From positions 1 through 28,450 of the forward strand of contig BAAFSQ010000124.1 of assembly GCA_054661495.1 (NCBI GenBank): DNA of 28,450 bases. Direction: 5' to 3'. The notes beneath the pieces are model-generated. The model worked only from the letters and a program-made list of their open reading frames with translations. It did no database searches and had not been told where the DNA came from. Made by a program: the position numbers and the translations under genes. This DNA is from Zygophlyctis sp. KS116 (Eukaryota; Fungi; Chytridiomycota). This document shows positions 24,170 through 28,450 of this stretch, one piece after another; position 1 is the first letter of the stretch; each line of letters opens with the position of its first letter.

Positions 24170-24847
24170 ATGGAAAATCTGTTCTCATCTCTACTTGGTA
24201 AAAAACCAACGCCAGAAGAACAAGTATGATTTATTTACTAACAATAGGTGAAGAAATGGAGATCTCTCCTTCGCTCACAAGAAAGAGAACTGGACAAGAC
24301 AATTCGTGGAATAGACTCTGAGGAAATCAAGACAAAGAGACTTGTCAAGGCTGCAGCTAAAAGGGGAGACAAGGCATCTTGTGGGATACTCTCAAAGGAA
24401 ATCATCCGTGCTAGAAAAGCAAAGGATAGAATAATTACTTCAAAAGCAACTCTAAATTCTTTAATTTTAACAATACAACAACAAGTTTCAACTGCTAAAG
24501 TAGCAAATTCACTTGGAGAGAGTGCTCAAATAATGTCTCTAGTGAATTCTCTAGTTAAATTACCAGAAATTTCTTCTTCAATACAAGAATTATCAAAGGA
24601 AATGCTAAAGGCAGGAATTATTGAAGAAATGATTCAAGAGACTATAGAGTTTACAGACTCTGAAGATATTGAAGAAGCTGCATCAGAAGAAGTAGATAAA
24701 GTCTTGTTTGAGTTGACGGATGGACTATTCGGACAAACTAGCGTTCCAGATAAACCATTACCAAGTGTAATTTATTTTTTTTAAATTTTTTAGGAGGAAA
24801 CAAGAGAATCAGAGCTATCAAAGAGACTGACTGCCTTGAAATCTTGA
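24170..24847 (+). CDS. VPS24: ESCRT-III subunit Vps24/CHMP3 (~208 aa)
   Basis: PEEQVKKWR...ERELD, LVKLPEI, LSKEMLKAGIIEEMI, EEVDKVLFELT and C-terminal MIM KRLTALKS. Introns 24224-24247 and 24767-24793. Confidence 0.93.
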
Positions 24848-24853
24848 TCTAAA

Positions 24854-25506
24854 TTACTTTATATCTATCTAGTAAATTTCAGAAAAAAAGTACACTTTGA
24901 CATAAACTTTCGATGAAAGTCTGACCTTAACAGATCATTTATAAATCTCTTTTTTGGTTTATCTTCTACGACTGCTTGATTCTTGAAAATCACATCATCA
25001 TCCCATCTTTTTTTAATTTTAAAGTCTGAAGAGATCAATGGATTACCAGAAATTGCATCTTGTTCTCTCTGCAGTCTTTTAGATTTTTCCTCTTCATCTT
25101 CCTTTTGAAGAGCTTCTTCAGCCCTTTCTCTTTTTATAGCTTCTAATTCTCTCATTAATGCTTCAGTCTCATCTTCCGACTCTTCCGACTCTTGAGAGTC
25201 TGAAAGAGATTCATCAGCGTCCAAATCCTGAATTTCTTGTAAAAAAATTCTTCTCTTTTCCAAAGATCCACCTTGAATTTCCGAGAATCTTTTCCCTAGT
25301 ACAGTAGACTCTTTTTCATTTAATTCCTTTAGTAAATCCTTGTTTTGGACTTCTTCAACTGAATTCTGCCCTTGCCCTCTATATTTTATTTTGAATTCAG
25401 ACTTTAAATCCAGATTCAGAACTACTCTTGAAGCCAGCTGATTATTATCTCTGAGAGAGAAACCTCCCATGGCAGGAAGGAAAGTTGGTCTTGCAGCTGT
25501 TGTCAT
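24854..25506 (-). CDS. CWC15: Spliceosomal NTC-associated protein Cwc15 (~207 aa)
   Basis: MTTAARPT, KKRWDDDVIFKNQA, FINDLLRSDFHRKFM. A 29-nt intron at 24865-24893 restores the canonical KYIK* end. Confidence 0.95.
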
Positions 25507-25643
25507 TTCACACTATTTGAGTTTAAGACTTATTTAAGAACTTTTTCTTTATAAGAATAAGAACTTTTAAAAGAGAATTTTCCTAAAGGGTTAAAGGGTT
25601 TTCTTAAAGGGCTAGTTGGAATCTCAAGGTCTGGGGTGGAAAA

Positions 25644-26036
25644 ATGAAATCGCTGAGAAATCTAAAATTCAATAATCTCTCTGCAATCATTTCAGTCAAA
25701 GACAAACCCTTTAAAGTCTCTGAGAATGATTTGATTTATACTCCTAGAAATAATTCCCTAAAATTAGGAGACTTGTTGGCTTTTGATAGAGTCTTTGAAA
25801 TTTCTAGTAAAGATTTTATTTTACAAGGACATCCTCTTGTATCAAGTGAATTTTATTCTATAAAAGGAGTAGTCATTGAACATCCTAGATCTCCTCCTAT
25901 AACTACTATTAGAGCTGGAAGAAAAGTACAAAAGAGAAAAGTTTTGGGAAATTATGCAGCGTATACATGTATTTTAATCAAGGAAATTTCAATCAAGGAC
26001 AATTTACTGCAAGAGGTTAATCAAAACCCTTTTTAA
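25644..26036 (+). CDS. Mitochondrial ribosomal protein bL21m (yeast Mrpl49-like)
   Basis: AIISVKDKPFKVSENDLI...LKLGD.L.FDRV.EI.S.DF.L.G.PLV...KGVVIEH...YT.ILIKEI fits the bL21 pattern. Confidence 0.8.
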   Translation: MKSLRNLKFNNLSAIISVKDKPFKVSENDLIYTPRNNSLKLGDLLAFDRVFEISSKDFILQGHPLVSSEFYSIKGVVIEHPRSPPITTIRAGRKVQKRKVLGNYAAYTCILIKEISIKDNLLQEVNQNPF

Positions 26037-26043
26037 AGCCTAC

Positions 26044-26211
26044 CACTAGTGTCACTAGTAAACCTTCTATAATAGATTTTCACCCAAGATTATAAGCCTT
26101 TATAAGCCTAAGTGAGATTAAGTAACTTTATGACCTAGTGAGTGAGATAAAGTAACCCTTGAAAATAAAGCTAGGTCCAAAACACACTCTTAAAGCGCGG
26201 TGCGGTGCGGT
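26044..26211. repeat. Cluster of short paired repeats upstream of ATP1
   Basis: CACTAGT x2 (26044, 26053), TATAAGCCT x2 (26091, 26101), AGTGAGATWAAGTAAC x2 (26111, 26141), GCGGT x3 (26197-26211). Confidence 0.7.
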
Positions 26212-26236
26212 CTAGGGGGTTTTAAAAATAAAAAAA

Positions 26237-28014
26237 ATGAATTTTTCGTTTGTAATTTTACATTTCTAAAATTAGTCAAAACTCTTGGCAAAGCGAAGTC
26301 TGTCTTCCTCTTTACTAGTAAGAGCATCAAAACCAGGTACTTTTGCCACGCTAATTCTAGGAACGGCTGAAGTCTCTTCAATTTTAGAAGAAAGGATTTT
26401 GGGATCTTCTGCGTCTTTTGACATTCAGGAAACTGGTCGTGTGCTGTCTATTGGAGATGGAATTGCTCGTGTTTATGGTTTAAAGAATGTTCAGGCAGAG
26501 GAAATGGTGGAATTTTCTTCTGGAATTAAAGTATTTTTTTTATTTAAAAGAGTTAGGGACAAGCTTTGAATTTAGAACCTGATAATGTTGGTATCGTCGT
26601 CTTTGGTAATGATCGTCTCATCAAGGAAGGTGATATTGTCAAGAGAACAGGCTCAATTGTCGATGTCCCAGTGGGTAGGGGACTGTTGGGGCGTGTGGTT
26701 GATGCGCTCGGGAATCCAATCGATGGAAAAGGTCCATTGGTAGATGTAAAGCGACAGAGAGTACAGGTTAAGGCTCCTGGTATTATTCCTCGTCAGTCTG
26801 TGAATGAACCAATGCAAACAGGTATTAAATGCATTGATTCTATGGTTCCTATTGGTAGAGGTCAGCGTGAGTTGATTATTGGGGATCGTCAGACTGGAAA
26901 AACTGCTGTGGCTTTAGATACTATTTTAAATCAAAAGAGATGGAATCAAGGAACAGATGAATGTAAAATTTAAATTTTTAAAAAGATTAGCAAAAAAGTT
27001 GTACTGTGTTTATGTAGCTGTTGGACAGAAAAGATCTACTGTTGCTCAATTTGTTCAGACTTTGGAAGAAAATGATGCTTTGAAGTACTCTATTGTGGTT
27101 GCCGCTACAGCTTCAGATGCTGCTCCCTTACAATTTTTGGCTCCTTATTCAGGTGCTGCAATGGGAGAGTATTTCCGTGACAATGCGATGCATGCTTTAA
27201 TTGTGTATGATGATTTATCAAAGCAGGCTGTGGCTTATCGTCAAATGTCTCTACTTTTAAGACGTCCTCCTGGTCGTGAGGCATACCCGTATTTTAATTT
27301 ATAAATTTAACTTGTAGTGGTGATGTCTTTTATCTGCATTCTCGTCTTTTGGAGCGTGCAGCAAAAATGAATAAGACTTTTGGTGCCGGGTCAATGACTG
27401 CCCTTCCAGTTATTGAAACACAAGGTGGTGATGTGTCTGCATATATCCCAACAAATGTGATTTCTATTACTGACGGGCAAATCTTTTTGGAAGCTGAATT
27501 ATTCTTTAAAGGTTTTTATTAAGTTATCCTAATAGTAGGTGTTCGTCCAGCTATCAATGTCGGTCTTTCCGTATCCCGCGTGGGATCAGCGGCGCAATTG
27601 AAGGCTATGAAGCAAGTTGCTGGTTCTTTGAAACTTTTCTTGGCTCAATATCGTGAAGTAGCTGCTTTTGCTCAGTTTGGTTCTGACTTGGATGCCTCCA
27701 CTCAATTTTTACTTAATCGTGGCGCGCGTCTCACAGAATTACTGAAGCAAAATCAATACAAACCACTTTCAGTTGAGCATATGGTTGTTATCATTTACTC
27801 TGGTATTTAATTTATTTAATAGATAGGTGTGAATGGTTTCTTGGACAAGATCCCTGTCAATAAGGTGACTGCTTTTGAATCTGCACTTATACCCTATGTC
27901 CAGACTAACGCTCCTGACATATTTGAAGCTATCAAGACAGATGGACAAATTAAGCCTGATACTGATAAGAGAATCAAGCAAGTTCTTGGAGATTTTGTCA
28001 AGAGTTTCTCTTAA
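26237..28014 (+). CDS. ATP1: Nuclear-encoded mitochondrial ATP synthase F1 alpha subunit (~531 aa)
   Basis: Ser/Arg/Lys-rich presequence, [18 protein letters not shown] (Walker A), [21 protein letters not shown]. Introns 26252-26275, 26337-26360, 26531-26556, 26963-26990, 27289-27317, 27512-27538 and 27803-27826. Confidence 0.98.
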
Positions 28015-28450
28015 ATCTAATTGTTGCTGGTTATATTTAGGATTTCTCTTAATAAACTAAAACATTTTCTGCCAATTTTTTTGTTAATCAATTTTTAAAC
28101 AAGAATATAATATATATACAATAGCTTGCGTTCTAATGCAGGAATTACTGTATAAATTGGAATGCCCCCATTGATACTCTTTTAGGAAGAGTTTCGGGTG
28201 ACTAAATTTTTGTTTCTTGAAACTTCTGGCGCTTAATATGATGGAATGGAAAATAAAATGTTTTATTCCTAATCAGTTTGGATATCAGTCAAGCTAAATG
28301 GTCAACCATTAATCTTAAAAATACATTCGTATAAATTTTACATGAATGTTATAAAGCCAAGGTGAAATTTGAATGTTACAACTGTAGTTGGAATATTAGT
28401 GTGAATGATTGATAGTGAACTCTAGATCTCAATCTGATGACAGATTGAGG

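Noticed and set aside
6455-28014. Fragmented ORFs read as pseudogenes, programmed frameshifts or a stop-codon reassignment
   Set aside because: Every break in the conserved genes is resolved by a short GT-AG intron, and TAA, TAG and TGA are all used as true stops.
26237-28014. ATP1 as a mitochondrial insertion (NUMT) or bacterial atpA
   Set aside because: It has seven spliceosomal introns and a presequence; nuclear ATP1 is normal in fungi and animals.
1-28450. CRISPR arrays, tRNA, rRNA, transposases
   Set aside because: No repeat-spacer array, cloverleaf, rRNA-like tract or transposase motif was seen by eye.

Overview
This is a gene-dense, AT-rich eukaryotic nuclear window, most likely from an early-diverging (chytrid-like) fungus. 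That inference rests on a nuclear ATP1 with a presequence, SUR1, ERV2 with a CGC tail, Bem4- and Trs65-like genes, and a chitin-synthase-like GT2. The fragmented ORF track is explained by about 60 tiny GT-AG introns. Almost all are 21-31 nt, with one of 35 nt and one of 58 nt. Removing them by hand restores about 20 complete genes. The left end (1-6.4 kb) looks accessory: a secreted Cys-rich peptide, two tandem LRR-like genes sharing a 564-bp identical 5' cassette that encodes an intron-hidden signal peptide, an orphan type II membrane protein and an F-box/LRR gene. The rest is mostly housekeeping (PRTase, GT2, SUR1, Bem4-like, MOT1, RNH203, ARP2, WD40, TRS65-like, MOG1, ERV2, VPS24, CWC15, bL21m, ATP1) with extremely short spacers. 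The MOG1 stop overlaps the ERV2 start as a prokaryote-style ATGA, and the heptamer TGTCCGA is over-represented. All gene models were spliced by eye and no database searches were run.
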